Shown one piece after another: positions 39,648 to 51,015 of a stretch of DNA of 64,000 bases. Below the pieces are notes generated by a model, which was not told where the DNA came from, ran no database searches, and was given only the letters and a program-made list of their open reading frames with translations. Within the stretch, counting starts at the first letter, position 1. Each line of letters opens with the position of its first letter. Made by a program: the position numbers and the translations under genes. The stretch lies in contig CAWDPO010000002.1 of assembly GCA_963804165.1 (NCBI GenBank), positions 64,001 to 128,000 of the forward strand. The letters are read 5' to 3'. This DNA comes from an uncultured delta proteobacterium (GTDB lineage Bacteria; Desulfobacterota; Binatia; UBA9968).

Positions 39648-40744
39648 ATCGTCACGACGACGGGCTCAAACGACCGGCGCCCCGGTGGAACACCGGGTTT
39701 TCCGGCGCCCATAAGTTTGCGCACGCATTCGAGGACGTTTTGCGCGCCAATTTGCCGGATACAGTCCTCTCCGCCCAACGGACAACGGCGCCCGCCGTGA
39801 GACGCGCACGGTCGGCAAGAAATATCTCGCCCGATGACGATCGCGTCCTTCGTATAGGGGAAAAACCCGAGCTCGGGGGTGGTGGCGCAAAAAATCGCCA
39901 CGGTGGGCACCCGCCGCGCCACCGCGATATGCATGGGAGCGCTATCGTTGGTGATAAACATCCCGCACCGGCTTATCGCCGCCGCCAACTCGTGCAGGCT
40001 GATCTGATCGATGAGATTGATCGCCGCGCCGCCTGAGCGTCTTTGCACATCCTCGACGACAGGCGCGTCCTCAGGGCCGCCGAAAAGCAAAACCTGGCAG
40101 GCGAATTCCTTCCTTAAGAGCAGGATCAATTCGGCGAATCCCGCCGCCGACCAACGCTTGGTCGGCCATACGGAGCCGGGGTTAATGCCCACAACTTTGT
40201 CGTTTTCCCTGACACCGAGCACCGTTAGCTTTTGATTCACGGCCTGCTGAACTGCCGCGTCCACGGGTAAATCGAGCACGCGATGGCATTCTTCAACGGG
40301 CACGTCGAAGGCCTGCAAGATCGAAAGATTTCGCTCAACGTCATGGCGCCGCTCATCGCGCTCAACGCGGCGGTTAAATAGAAACCAGCCACGACTCTGG
40401 CGGAAACCAACCCGGCACGGTATCTCGGCGAGGTAGAGCAGCAACGCGCTCCGAAGAGATTTGTGCGGCGTCAGCGCAAGGGTAAAACCCTTTGCTCTGA
40501 GAACCGCCGCTTTCGCCCACAAACCTCGGAATCCGCGATCCGACAATTTTTTATCGTCGATGATGATTTCATCGATGGCCGGATGATCTTGCAAAAGCTC
40601 TCGGCTGGCTGGCTGACAGATTACGGTCAGTTTCTTTACGGGGAAGCAACGTCTGAGCTCGGCTATCAGCGGGACGGTCAATACGCTATCACCGAGAAAA
40701 CTCGTTTGCAGCACAAGGACATTATCCCAACTGGGCGCGGCCAT
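39644..40744 (-). CDS. GT9 LPS heptosyltransferase II-like; own ATG with GAGG RBS but in frame with upstream Trm112 domain
   Basis: QTSFLGD, PHKSLRSA, NPGSVWPTKRW, NDSAPMHIA. Confidence 0.85.
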   Translation of the reverse strand: MAAPSWDNVLVLQTSFLGDSVLTVPLIAELRRCFPVKKLTVICQPASRELLQDHPAIDEIIIDDKKLSDRGFRGLWAKAAVLRAKGFTLALTPHKSLRSALLLYLAEIPCRVGFRQSRGWFLFNRRVERDERRHDVERNLSILQAFDVPVEECHRVLDLPVDAAVQQAVNQKLTVLGVRENDKVVGINPGSVWPTKRWSAAGFAELILLLRKEFACQVLLFGGPEDAPVVEDVQRRSGGAAINLIDQISLHELAAAISRCGMFITNDSAPMHIAVARRVPTVAIFCATTPELGFFPYTKDAIVIGRDISCRPCASHGGRRCPLGGEDCIRQIGAQNVLECVRKLMGAGKPGVPPGRRSFEPVVVTI

Positions 40745-40918
40745 TAAACCTCTCAGACGGATCGCTTCATCTATCAGCATCACCGGAATGTCATCTTTGA
40801 TGGGGTACATCAGCCGGCAAGCGTCGCAGATCAAGCCGTCATTGGTCGGGTTTAAATGAATATCCCCTTTGCATTTCGGGCAAGCTAGAATGTCCAATAA
40901 TTCCCTGCTGATCGTCAT
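40745..40918 (-). CDS. Trm112/YcaR family zinc-binding domain, no stop before the GT9 gene
   Basis: LLDILACPKCKG...LICDAC.LMYPIKDDIPVML.DEA. Confidence 0.88.
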
Positions 40919-40996
40919 GTGGGTATCTCCTCAGCGGATAGAAACATTCGAAATGGAAATCCGGCGCGGACGACACCGCATAGCCGGAAAAATTCG

Positions 40997-41857
40997 TCAG
41001 CGCTGAAACGGGGTCAGCGCGTCCCAGCCCCGGCGATAACCGCGCTGCGACTGGTCCGGGTCTCGGTTCACGAACGGCCGGTGATACATCGGATGCTTGA
41101 GGCTCCTTACCTCATGTTCCAACGTGAATTTGCGTATGTCGCCGTTGGGATCGACGATGTCCTTGAAACGAAATTGATGGTTGCGCACAGCCTCGGAAAT
41201 CAATCCGCGGCTGTTGAGGTAAGCATAGGGTGCGGAAAAGTTTGCAACGTAAATCGCGATATGATGGCCATCATAAGCCGCAAGAGCTTTGTCCGTCTCA
41301 CGGAATAACAGCGACTGATGACGCCCGATCTTGACGCGGCCGAACGGACCCTCGGAATCCGACTCTATCGTTACCGGGGCGCCAAGCGCTGCCCCGTAGA
41401 AACGCAAGATCCCTTCCATCGCCCCCACGGGCACCGAAAACTCCACGTAGGGAATTCCGAGTGTCATATCGCCAAATGCAGCCTGGCTGGCATAACATCG
41501 ATAACGGTTGCCCCACGGAGACGTAACGACGATCTTTTCCCCGCTTCTTGAGAATGAGAACTCGCTGCCCTTCAATCCTTCCGTGACGGATTTTAAGCGC
41601 GTCTCAAGCGCATCGAGATCCGGCACGACTATGCCAACGTGGCCCTCGATCATCTGCGGGTTTCGCGTCGGTAAATGAAACTGCTGCTCACCGACGTTGA
41701 CCCACATATTGTTGAGGCCCACGTTCAAATAGGGATCGCGCGTAAAGCCCAAACCTACCACATAGAAGAGCGACGCCCGCGATTGATCCGGAATCTGGAT
41801 ATTGACGTGCTCCAGACTAACGATATTGCCGATATCTTCTTCCGCATATTCGTTCAT
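40997..41857 (-). CDS. VOC/glyoxalase-like conserved hypothetical protein
   Basis: LEHVNIQIPDQ...FY..GLG, GHVGIVVPDL, second repeat FY..ALGA, GHHIAIY; GAGG RBS. Confidence 0.65.
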   Translation of the reverse strand: MNEYAEEDIGNIVSLEHVNIQIPDQSRASLFYVVGLGFTRDPYLNVGLNNMWVNVGEQQFHLPTRNPQMIEGHVGIVVPDLDALETRLKSVTEGLKGSEFSFSRSGEKIVVTSPWGNRYRCYASQAAFGDMTLGIPYVEFSVPVGAMEGILRFYGAALGAPVTIESDSEGPFGRVKIGRHQSLLFRETDKALAAYDGHHIAIYVANFSAPYAYLNSRGLISEAVRNHQFRFKDIVDPNGDIRKFTLEHEVRSLKHPMYHRPFVNRDPDQSQRGYRRGWDALTPFQR

Positions 41858-41936
41858 TGGTCACCTCGAGATTAGCGATTTCCAACCCGATCTCCTGGAT
41901 TTATTCCACCCGAATCTTGTCCTTGTGATATCTCGC

Positions 41937-42878
41937 CTAGTCCTGCATGGCGCAGATCCAATTCCATTGATTTGCCAATCCTTCCGCCAACCCGACCTTT
42001 GGTGAATAACCAAGCTTATTTTTCGCCTGGTCGAGGCGTGCCGTTGTGTGGCGTACGTCGCCTTTCTGGCGATCGCTGGACTTAAGCTTTGCCTTGCGCC
42101 CGGAAATTTTCTCGGCGAGTTCGATGGCCTTCAAGAGACTGACTTCTGTCCCCCCTCCCAGATTAAAAACCTCACCCACGCCGGGATATGTCGCCGCCGC
42201 GATGACACCCTCGACGATGTCCTGATAATAGGTAAAATCGCGCGTCTGCCCGCCATCATCGAACAGCGGCACTTCGTCACCGCGCAACAACGCGCGCATA
42301 AATAGATGAAAGAACATATCCGGCCTTTGGCGCGGACCATAAACAGTAAAAAAACGCAGCGAGACCGTCGGCACGGCAAAGGCCTTCCAGTAAAGATGGC
42401 ACAAGTGCTCGGCGGCAAGCTTCGATGCGCCGTAGGGCGAAACCGGCCTCGTCAAACCCTCCTCGCGCATCGGCAGGTCATCCGTATCGCCGTAAACGGA
42501 TGAAGTCGACGCATAGACAAACTTCGCAAGGCGAACGCCTTTTGCCGCTTCCAGTAGAAGCTGGGTCGCCGTGATGTTATTTTCTGTATACCGGGTAAAT
42601 TCTTTACCCCAACTGGCGCGAACCCCGGGCTGGCCCGCGAGATGAAAAACGTAGGTGACGTCGCCTAACAGATGCGGCAAATTCATCTGCAACAAGCTGT
42701 CGCCGACAAACGTAAATCTCTCGCGATGGGCAAAATGAGCGAGATTCTTTTCTTTGAACCGGCGTGGATAGTTATCGAGGAAATTGTCAACCCCGATGAC
42801 TTCGTGGCCCGCCGCCAACAGCTGTTCCGCGAGGTGTGAACCGATAAAACCGGCGACACCCGTAATCAGCGATTTCAC
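41937..42878 (-). CDS. NAD-dependent nucleotide-sugar epimerase/dehydratase
   Basis: ITGVAGFIGSH, HLAGQPGVR, SSVYG, YGASK, FTVYGPRQRPDM. Confidence 0.93.
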   Translation of the reverse strand: MKSLITGVAGFIGSHLAEQLLAAGHEVIGVDNFLDNYPRRFKEKNLAHFAHRERFTFVGDSLLQMNLPHLLGDVTYVFHLAGQPGVRASWGKEFTRYTENNITATQLLLEAAKGVRLAKFVYASTSSVYGDTDDLPMREEGLTRPVSPYGASKLAAEHLCHLYWKAFAVPTVSLRFFTVYGPRQRPDMFFHLFMRALLRGDEVPLFDDGGQTRDFTYYQDIVEGVIAAATYPGVGEVFNLGGGTEVSLLKAIELAEKISGRKAKLKSSDRQKGDVRHTTARLDQAKNKLGYSPKVGLAEGLANQWNWICAMQD

Positions 42879-43033
42879 CGATCGCCCGCTTTCTCAGCGG
42901 CAAAATTGTGATGATTCATACTTGTCTTGAGCCGTTTAACAGAGTATACGAGCCGCAGAAATTAAGGCAAATATAAATCGCTCCCCTTGATCATGATCGG
43001 ACACCGCTAACAGCTCGAATGTGCAGTTCATGT

Positions 43034-44128
43034 TCAAGTGCCGCTTCGCGATTCCTTAATTTTTTCGACGATCGCATCGACCAGTGCCGCGCCGTTATCT
43101 ACGCTCATCGCGACGCGCAGCGCCAAAAGTTTGTCTTTTGCAAACGGAAACCGCGCCAGCTTTAGAATATCCTTCTCCGTGGTGACGATCAAATCCACCA
43201 ATCGACCGACGCGATTGATTTGCTGCCAATCCCGCGCCGTATACAAGTGGTGGTCAGGAAATTCAAGGGTCTCGACGATCTCGCCCTCCCACTCATGAAT
43301 AAGACGATAGAGTCCCCTGGGATCAGCGACACCGGTCACGGTCAAAATTTTGCTGCGATAGAGAAGCGTCAACGGGAATTCCTTGCGCCGCCCCGACCCC
43401 AGACCCAATAGCGACACCGGTCTCAAGGAGCCGACAAAGGTAACGTTCTGCCGGTCGCGCGGCAGAATCGAACTCCACTCGTCCTTTACCGCGGTAACGA
43501 GTAACAAATCGGCCCGGCGATGATTCCGCCGGGGCTCGCGAAAGGGCCCAGCGGGAAGGGTCCAGCCGTTTGTATCGGAGCCTAAGAGCAGCAAATCAAC
43601 ATTTCTCTTCACGCGCCGATGTTGGAATCCGTCGTCCAAGATAAATACATCAACATCCGCAGCCCGCAACAGCTCAACCGCAGCGGCGCTGCGGTCCTTG
43701 CCGATACCGACGGTCTGACCATATAGCGCCGCCATCATCAACGGCTCATCGCCTGCTTTGGACAGTCCCGCGTCGGTTTCAGCAGTCGAAAAATCTGTGC
43801 TTTGCGGCGGCAAGACGACCGCTTCGGTGGTTTGACGGTGATACCCACGGCTTAAAATTCCGACACTCAATCCCCGTTCTTTCAACTCTTGGGCGATCCA
43901 CAGGCAGGTCGGTGTTTTTCCCGTGCCGCCCACAGTGAGATTGCCAACACTGATCACCGGTTTGGGTAACCGCGCAGATTTCATGCAGCCCAAAGAAAAT
44001 AGCGCGTTGCGCAGCTGCACAAAGGTCATGTACAAAAACGAAACCGGCAATAGCAAAAACCACGTAAGCCCGCCGCGGAATCCTTTCCGCTCCCACACCT
44101 CACGCGCCGACAGAGTCATCATAATCAT
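43034..44128 (-). CDS. lpxK: Tetraacyldisaccharide 4'-kinase
   Basis: VISVGNLTVGGTGKTP, SRGY, GDEP, LDDGFQH, PAGPFRE, FPDHH, TTEKD. Confidence 0.96.
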   Translation of the reverse strand: MIMMTLSAREVWERKGFRGGLTWFLLLPVSFLYMTFVQLRNALFSLGCMKSARLPKPVISVGNLTVGGTGKTPTCLWIAQELKERGLSVGILSRGYHRQTTEAVVLPPQSTDFSTAETDAGLSKAGDEPLMMAALYGQTVGIGKDRSAAAVELLRAADVDVFILDDGFQHRRVKRNVDLLLLGSDTNGWTLPAGPFREPRRNHRRADLLLVTAVKDEWSSILPRDRQNVTFVGSLRPVSLLGLGSGRRKEFPLTLLYRSKILTVTGVADPRGLYRLIHEWEGEIVETLEFPDHHLYTARDWQQINRVGRLVDLIVTTEKDILKLARFPFAKDKLLALRVAMSVDNGAALVDAIVEKIKESRSGT

Positions 44129-44173
44129 TTAATGCATGGCGAGTGCTCTTTGATCCGTTCCCTGGTCAGCCCG

Positions 44174-45442
44174 TCACAGATAACGCTGCGCCAACGAAAA
44201 GTTGCGCGCGAAAGCGTCGCGGTTCGCGCCCGCGAACTCAGACGCGCGTCTACCCATCTGGAGACGCGCGTCTGAATCGGCCAAGAGGCTAATCAATACA
44301 CTGGCTAAATGGTCTGCGTCCTGGACCTCGATCGCGGCGCCGCTCCGCTTCATTCCTGCGGCGATGGATTCGAAATTACTCATATAGCGGCCGAACAGCA
44401 CCGGCTTTTCAAATCGCGCCGGCTCTAGAACATTGTGGCCTCCCACGTCGACCAAACTGCCGCCGACAAAAGCAACATCCGCGGCGGCAAAAAAGTCGGA
44501 CAATTCGCCGACCGTGTCGAGCAGCAAGATATCTTTTTCAAAGTATTTCTCAGGCTGAACTTGGCTTTTCCGATGAAATGCAAACGGACTGTTTTTCAGT
44601 AACTTCTCCACTTCGGCGAAGCGTTCAGGATGACGCGGCGCCAAAACCATCGTCAGTGCCGGAAACTGCTCTCGCGCTAACGCCAATACCCGGAGCAAAA
44701 TTTCCTCTTCGCCGCGATGGGAACTCCCAGCCACAAGCAGTTGGCCGCCCGGACCTCGAGCCGAGACGATGCTTCGGCAACGCTCGTCGACACTCTCCGA
44801 GGCAAATTTTAGACTTCCGGCCACTGCGACTTTGGTTTCGTCCGCCCCGAGCTTTTGAATCCGCACTGCGTCCTCCGGCGACTGCATGCCGAAGAATGTG
44901 AAATACCCGAGTACCTGATAAAAAAAACGCCGCCAGACGAAATACCGTGAAAAGGCTTTCGGTGAAAGACGTCCGCTCAGCAGTAGAGTCGGGATGCCGC
45001 AACGATATGATTCACGCACCAGATTCGGCCAAATTTCCGTTTCTATGAACACCAGCAGGGAGGGTTGGATTCTCGCCAACGCGCCACGCACGATCCAGTC
45101 GAAGTCCAAAGGCAGAAAAATCGCCGCATCAACACCCTCCATTTGTCGCGCTAGCCGATTGCCGGTCGCGGTGAATGTAGAAATCAGGACTTTTCGCCCC
45201 GGACACGCCGCCTTAAGCGCCCGCAACAGGGCGCCGGCAGCGCGGACTTCGCCGACCGATGCCGCATGGATCCATACGGGTTGGAGCCCCGCCAAACCGG
45301 CAAACAAATCTTGAGGATAAAATCCAAATCGTTGGCCGAGACCATCTCGATAACGCGGTCCGAGCACTAGGATGAACGGCAGCAACGGCAGCGCCGCCAC
45401 GAACACAATCATTAGGGCAATGTTATAGAGCAAATACCACAC
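44174..45442 (-). CDS. waaA: 3-deoxy-D-manno-octulosonic acid transferase
   Basis: WIHAASVGE, ETEIWPN, APRHPER, DTVGEL, GGHNVLEP. Confidence 0.96.
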   Translation of the reverse strand: MWYLLYNIALMIVFVAALPLLPFILVLGPRYRDGLGQRFGFYPQDLFAGLAGLQPVWIHAASVGEVRAAGALLRALKAACPGRKVLISTFTATGNRLARQMEGVDAAIFLPLDFDWIVRGALARIQPSLLVFIETEIWPNLVRESYRCGIPTLLLSGRLSPKAFSRYFVWRRFFYQVLGYFTFFGMQSPEDAVRIQKLGADETKVAVAGSLKFASESVDERCRSIVSARGPGGQLLVAGSSHRGEEEILLRVLALAREQFPALTMVLAPRHPERFAEVEKLLKNSPFAFHRKSQVQPEKYFEKDILLLDTVGELSDFFAAADVAFVGGSLVDVGGHNVLEPARFEKPVLFGRYMSNFESIAAGMKRSGAAIEVQDADHLASVLISLLADSDARLQMGRRASEFAGANRDAFARNFSLAQRYL

Positions 45443-45456
45443 GAGAATTTCCGAAG

Positions 45457-47219
45457 TTAATGTAAGATCTCGCGCTCTTCAGTGTTACGGTCTTCAAGCG
45501 CCTGGATCGAGTAGAGTCGGCTGTACTCGCCATTTCGAGCGAGCAGTTCTTCGTGGGTTCCCTCTTCCGCTACGGCGCCATCAACCATGACGACGATCCG
45601 ATCGGCTCTGCGCACCGTCGACAATCGATGGGCGATAACGATGGTCGTTCGCGTGGCCATGAGATTTTCCAGGGCATCCTGCACCAAGCGCTCCGAATCC
45701 GCATCGAGCGCCGACGTCGCTTCATCAAGAATCAGAATCGGCGCGTTCTTGAGCAGCGCTCGCGCGATGGCAAGACGTTGGCGCTGCCCGCCGGAAAGTT
45801 GCATACCCATTTCCCCAATCACGCGAATCATAGCCCTTAGGCATAGCCACGATAAACTCATGCGCGTGCGCCGCCTTGGCCGCCGCGATGACAGCAGTCA
45901 AATCCCGATCCGGGGTCGCCGTAGGCGATGTTATTTCTCACCGTATCGTTGAATAGAAACGTGTGTTGGGTGACAATGCCGATTTGCGCGCGCAGCGAAC
46001 GAACGGTTATGTCGCGAACATCAACGCCGTCGAGTGTGATTTGTCCTGTGCCGACGTCGTAGAATCTTGGGATCAAGTCGACCAGCGTGCTCTTCCCCAC
46101 TCCGCTCATCCCGACTAGCGCCACCCTCTGTCCGGCTTCGATGGTCAGATTAATATCCTTCAGCACCGGCGCGTCGCCATAGGCGAAATTGACATCGTGA
46201 AACTCGATCCTTTCTCGAAACGGCGCCGCCTCCCTCGCGTCGGCCTTATCGGCAATTGCCGGTTACTCATCGAAATTTCGAAGACGCGCTCGGCGCCGGC
46301 GAGGCCCTGATGCACGGACGTGTAAGTCCGAGCTTAACCCTTTGAAGGGCCCGTACATTAGAAACATCGCAGCCATGAAAGCCATAAATTCGCCTTGCGT
46401 GCGTCCTCCGTCGATGACACTCCAACCGCCGTACCAAACCACGCCGCCGATCGCCGAAAGACGCCAGCAGTTCCATTGCCGGCGCGACGATCGACTTTAT
46501 TCTGCTTGCGCGTAATGATTGCTTAAAGAGCTGCCAGTTCTCCGCCATGAAGCGGTGGTCTTCGTAGCTGTTCCATGCCGAACGCTTTGACAATGCGATT
46601 GCCCTGAATACTTTCCTGTAAGAGCGAGGTCAGCATGCCGGTACTGACCTGGCCGCGCCGGGTGAATTGTTTGATCTTCCTACTGAGTCGCATGACCGGC
46701 AGCACTGACGCCGGAAAGACAAAAAAAGCGATAGAAGCGAACACCCAGTCCTTCATGAAGGCGACGAACGATCAGCACCACGAGCGACGTCACGTCTTTC
46801 ATCACCGATGCCAGAGCGTCGGTGATCGAGTAACGCATCAGCGAACATCGCTGATGAACCCTGGCGATCAGCGTTCCGGTCGGGATTCCGATGAAAAAAC
46901 GACAGCGGAAAGCGATAGGAAATGGCGGTTGAGGCTGTTTCGAACATCATTGATAATCCTCAGACCGACGTAATCATTGAGATAGCTCTGGCCAAAATTC
47001 ATAAACCACGAAAGGCGAAGATCCGACCACGATAACCGGCAATAGTTCAACAGCGCGCTTCGATCCTTGCGCGCAAAAACGTCATCCATGATCCGCTGGA
47101 CTAAGAAACGGAATCACCCCGTCGGTGGCGCCAAAGCCGATCATGCAGAGCAGCCCCAAGGCAAAATAGGGCCAAATATAGGGTTTTAAATAAATTAATA
47201 GCCGAAGGTAATACTTCAC
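45457..47219 (-). CDS. msbA: Lipid A flippase MsbA-type ABC transporter; multiple frameshifts, probably sequencing errors
   Basis: Fragments: TM domain, [44 protein letters not shown]; position between lpxB and waaA. Confidence 0.85.
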
Positions 47220-47223
47220 CGAT

Positions 47224-48401
47224 TCACTCACGATCTAATCTCATCGCATCATCGGTCATGGCGAGATCAGCAACCCGTCCCGCCGCGCCGGGCGACGCCG
47301 AAACGATCGCGCAGCTTGCGCGAGTTTTTCAGCGAGGCCGCGGCGCAGTATTATCGTCGTCGAATAAAAGACCGGCTTTCCGCCCAGACGATCGACCGAC
47401 ATCGTTTTGGAGCAGTTCCGGCACCACTCTTTCCTGGGCAACAAGATTGACCATGCCGAAATGTTCGACCCGCACGAGAAGCATCGCCAAGCCAGGTGAG
47501 CCAGGACACGCGATAAACGATAATCATCGGTGTGCCGAGTAGCCGATTTCGACGTCGCCGTGCCCGACGCCGTCCAGGCCAGATCGGCCGCATTGATTGC
47601 ATTATAGCGATCACTTCCACACTAGGATGGCTCGTTGGCTGTCCCGAACGCGCCTCGCAGATTTCGCTCATCTCGATGGTGCTCGCGCGCAGGCAAAAAA
47701 ATTGAACTATTACATTTCTGCTGCAACTGAAACGCTGCGTCGCGCATCACCCGAGGTGGCGGCTCACCTCGCCAGTCCGACTACCCGGTAAGAGCGCAAT
47801 GGTCAATTTTTTTGGATCCGAGTCCGAGCCTCGTCAAGACGTCTTTTCGCGGCTTTCAGTCGCTTTCACGCTTTCGAACAAGAGGATGGCCGACAAAGGT
47901 GGTATTTACCCGATGGCGCCGGTAAAAAGCCTCTTCAAAGGGAAACACCACCGCCATATGATCGACTCAGCGGGCGATTATTTTTACCCGTCCTTTGCGC
48001 CACGCCCATATCTGCGGGCTGATGTAGTAAAGAACCGGAATGCCCAATGTTTTAGCGACCCGCGCCAAACGCAAATTAAAATCCGGGAAAGTCGATCAAC
48101 ACCAACAAATTCGGCCGCCGTGCTGATCAATGCCTCGCTTGAGCAGATCGGTAGGCGCGCCAAACATTTTTGAATTTGCCGGCCAATTCGGTGAAACCCA
48201 TGCCGGTCAATTGGGCGACATTGAACAACGGTTCAAAATTGCGTCGCTGAAGTTGCCGCACCGGCCACGCCAAACACTTTCAAGGTCGCATCCCGTTGAT
48301 GCAACGCGTCGACGAATTGCGCGCCATGACGCGTCACCCGACGCTTCGCCGACCACGAGCATAATCTGTTTGGGCGAATCTGCCACGATGGGGAGAATCA
48401 C
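47224..48401 (-). CDS. lpxB: Lipid A disaccharide synthase; multiple frameshifts, boundaries approximate
   Basis: [49 protein letters not shown] fragments. Confidence 0.82.
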
Positions 48402-48414
48402 GGCGAGAGCTCAA

Positions 48415-49342
48415 AGCTGTTAACTGATCAATCGAGGCGATCTCCAGCGCGCGCAACGCTTCGGCGCCGCCGACCAACGGCAGCGTCCGAGCCGCCACGC
48501 AATCGAGAAAGGAATCGATCTCATCGGCCAAAGCATCACCGTCCTTGATTTCGATATTCTCGGCGCGAATGTCGAGCCATCCGGCGCCGGGCGCCGGTTT
48601 GTGATAAATCTGTGCCCGGCGTTGGTCGTAGTCGATCGAAATATAAGCATCGGATTGAAAAAATCGCATCTTGCGCTCCCGCTTGAGCGAAACCCGACTT
48701 GAGGTCACGTTGGCGATGCAGCCATTGGCAAAGTTGATACGCGCGTTGGCAATATCCGGCTTGTCGGTAAGCACCGGCACACCGACGGCTTCGACGCGCA
48801 CTACCGGCGAGCGTACCAAACTCGCAATCACGTCGATATCATGAATCATCAGATCAAGACCACGTCGACATCGGTGCCACGCTCGATAAACGGCGCCAAG
48901 CGATGGCACTCAACGAACTTTGGACTTTTGATGACTCCTTCGAGGCGGCGGATCGCCGGGTTGAAGCGTTCAAGATGACCGACTTGCAGAAGCACGTTTT
49001 TCTGCTGCGCCGCTCGCGACCAATTCGCGCGCCTCGTCAATGTCCGCGGTCAAGCGGTTTTTCCACCAAAACATCGATGCCGGCGTCGATGAAGTCGCGC
49101 GCCACCTGATAATGAAAGCGCGTTGGCACGGCGATGCTGACGCACTTTACCCGGCCAAACAACTCCCGATAATCGGTCAATGCCCCGACGCCAACCGCGG
49201 CGCCGATTTCTTTGGCGCGAGCTTCGTCAGTGTCGGCAACCGCGACCAGGTTTGCTTTTGCCGATGCGGCATATTTCTCGGCGTGGAACTTGCCGAGATA
49301 GCCGACGCCGACGACGCCGACGTTGATTTTATTGCCTGCCAC
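48415..49342 (-). CDS. Gfo/Idh/MocA oxidoreductase (GnnA-like); frameshifted
   Basis: GVVGVGYLGKFHAEKY, VLVEKP, VGHLERFNPA, DLMIHDID, TSSRVS. Confidence 0.85.
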
Positions 49343-49344
49343 GG

Positions 49345-50170
49345 TCAATGAGTTATGAATCTGCGCTGACGCCGACGACGCGATCCCATAAGCGTCGGCG
49401 TGGCCCAATAAGGCTTTCTTTCTCCAGCAAGATCGTCTTGCCGGCTTCCACGCCAAAACGTCGCCGCCGCACTGGTGCAGCAGAACGATGGTGTCGACCC
49501 CACGGCCGGCACGTCGAAGCGCAGATCCTGCTGCGGCTTACTTACTTTGACCACCACGCATCCCGATTTGGCCAGCGCTCCGCCGCGCTTGATCGCCGCA
49601 TCGGTTCCTTCCACCGCTTCGACCGCCACGACCACTTGATTCTTCACGACGACGGTTTGGCCGATACCCAGACGGCCGATTTCCTTTGCGATCCGAAAAC
49701 CCAGCTCGATATCGTCCCACTCCTCTGGCGCGGCTCGCGTTTGGTCAAGACCCTGCCCGCGCAAATGATTTGCGGACAAACAGAGCGTCGATTCCAAGAA
49801 TCCGAATGCCCTCTCAAGCTAGCTCATCGGCGATACCGCGTAACAGTGCGTCGTCCTCGCGGCTTTTCAGTTTGGCTAAAAAGCGCACGCCGCGGAGATC
49901 CGGCCGAAAATTGCCGAATAGTTTCACTTTGCGGATGCCGCCGGCCATCACCGCCTCGGTGACCGCCGCTGCGTTGAAACAGTGCGAATAATTTTACCGA
50001 GCTGGCCGACATAAATCCAAGTCGATTCGTCGGCGATGTCTATCAATCTCATTTTCCGTTTCGCCGTCGATGCGCCACCGCGATCACGCGAATAACCTTG
50101 CGCGTTTTGCCTCCTCGGCAAAAATGAGCGGAAACTTGCCATTGCCCGCGATTAACCCTAATTTCTTCAC
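49345..50170 (-). CDS. lpxI: UDP-2,3-diacylglucosamine diphosphatase LpxI; frameshifted
   Basis: LGLIAGNGKFP, IGQTVVV, AVEAVEGTD, KPQQDLRFDVP. Confidence 0.85.
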
Positions 50171-50225
50171 GGCGGTAAGCAGAATTGCTCGAGACCACCG
50201 GAGCATTGAGAAAATAGATTCAAAG

Positions 50226-51009
50226 CTAGCGGCAAACTCCCCGCTGCGACGTGCGCAATGAACGAAACGAATTCTTCGATTTCAGCAATGGCAGGCAATT
50301 CCTGGCGGATCCTATTCAACGCGTCCTCGGTTCTTGAGCTTGGATTGAAAGCGATCCGGTAGGCTTTGCGAATCGATGTCAATGACCGTTTTATCAAAGC
50401 CCCGCCGTTTGAGTCCCTCGATATTTAGGCCGTGCAGCTTGGCGCGGTCGCCGGTGGCATTGCAGTACGGTGGAACGTCTTTCGAGACCATCGAGCCGGC
50501 GCCCAAGATCGCGCCCGTGCCGATACGGACGAACTGATGAATGCCGACCAGACCGCCAACGATGACGAAGTCTTCAATCGATCACATGGCCGCCCAACGT
50601 CGCGCCGTTGGCGATGACGTTGCGGTTGCCGACGATGCAGTCGTGCGCGATGTGGCAATACATCATGAATAGATTTTGATCGCCCACGCGCGTCACCATG
50701 CCGCCGCCGCGTGGTTCCCGGATTGAGCGACACATATTCTCGAATGGTGTTGCGATTGCCAATGATCAGTTCGCTCGGCTCGCCTTTATACTTGAGATCC
50801 TGCGGCACGGAGCCTACGCTGGCGAATGGGAAAACTACATTGCCTCGCCCAAAGTCGTCCGCCCTTGAATGACGGCATGAGAATGAATCTTGCTGCCTTT
50901 GCCGATCTTTGACTCCCGCGCCGATGACACTGAATAGGGGCCGATTTCAACGTCGCTGTCCAAGTTCGGCGTGGGGATCGACGATCGCGGTAGGATGCAT
51001 GTGGCTCAT
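50226..51009 (-). CDS. lpxA: UDP-N-acetylglucosamine acyltransferase; frameshifted
   Basis: [45 protein letters not shown]. Confidence 0.9.
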
Positions 51010-51015
51010 GTCACG

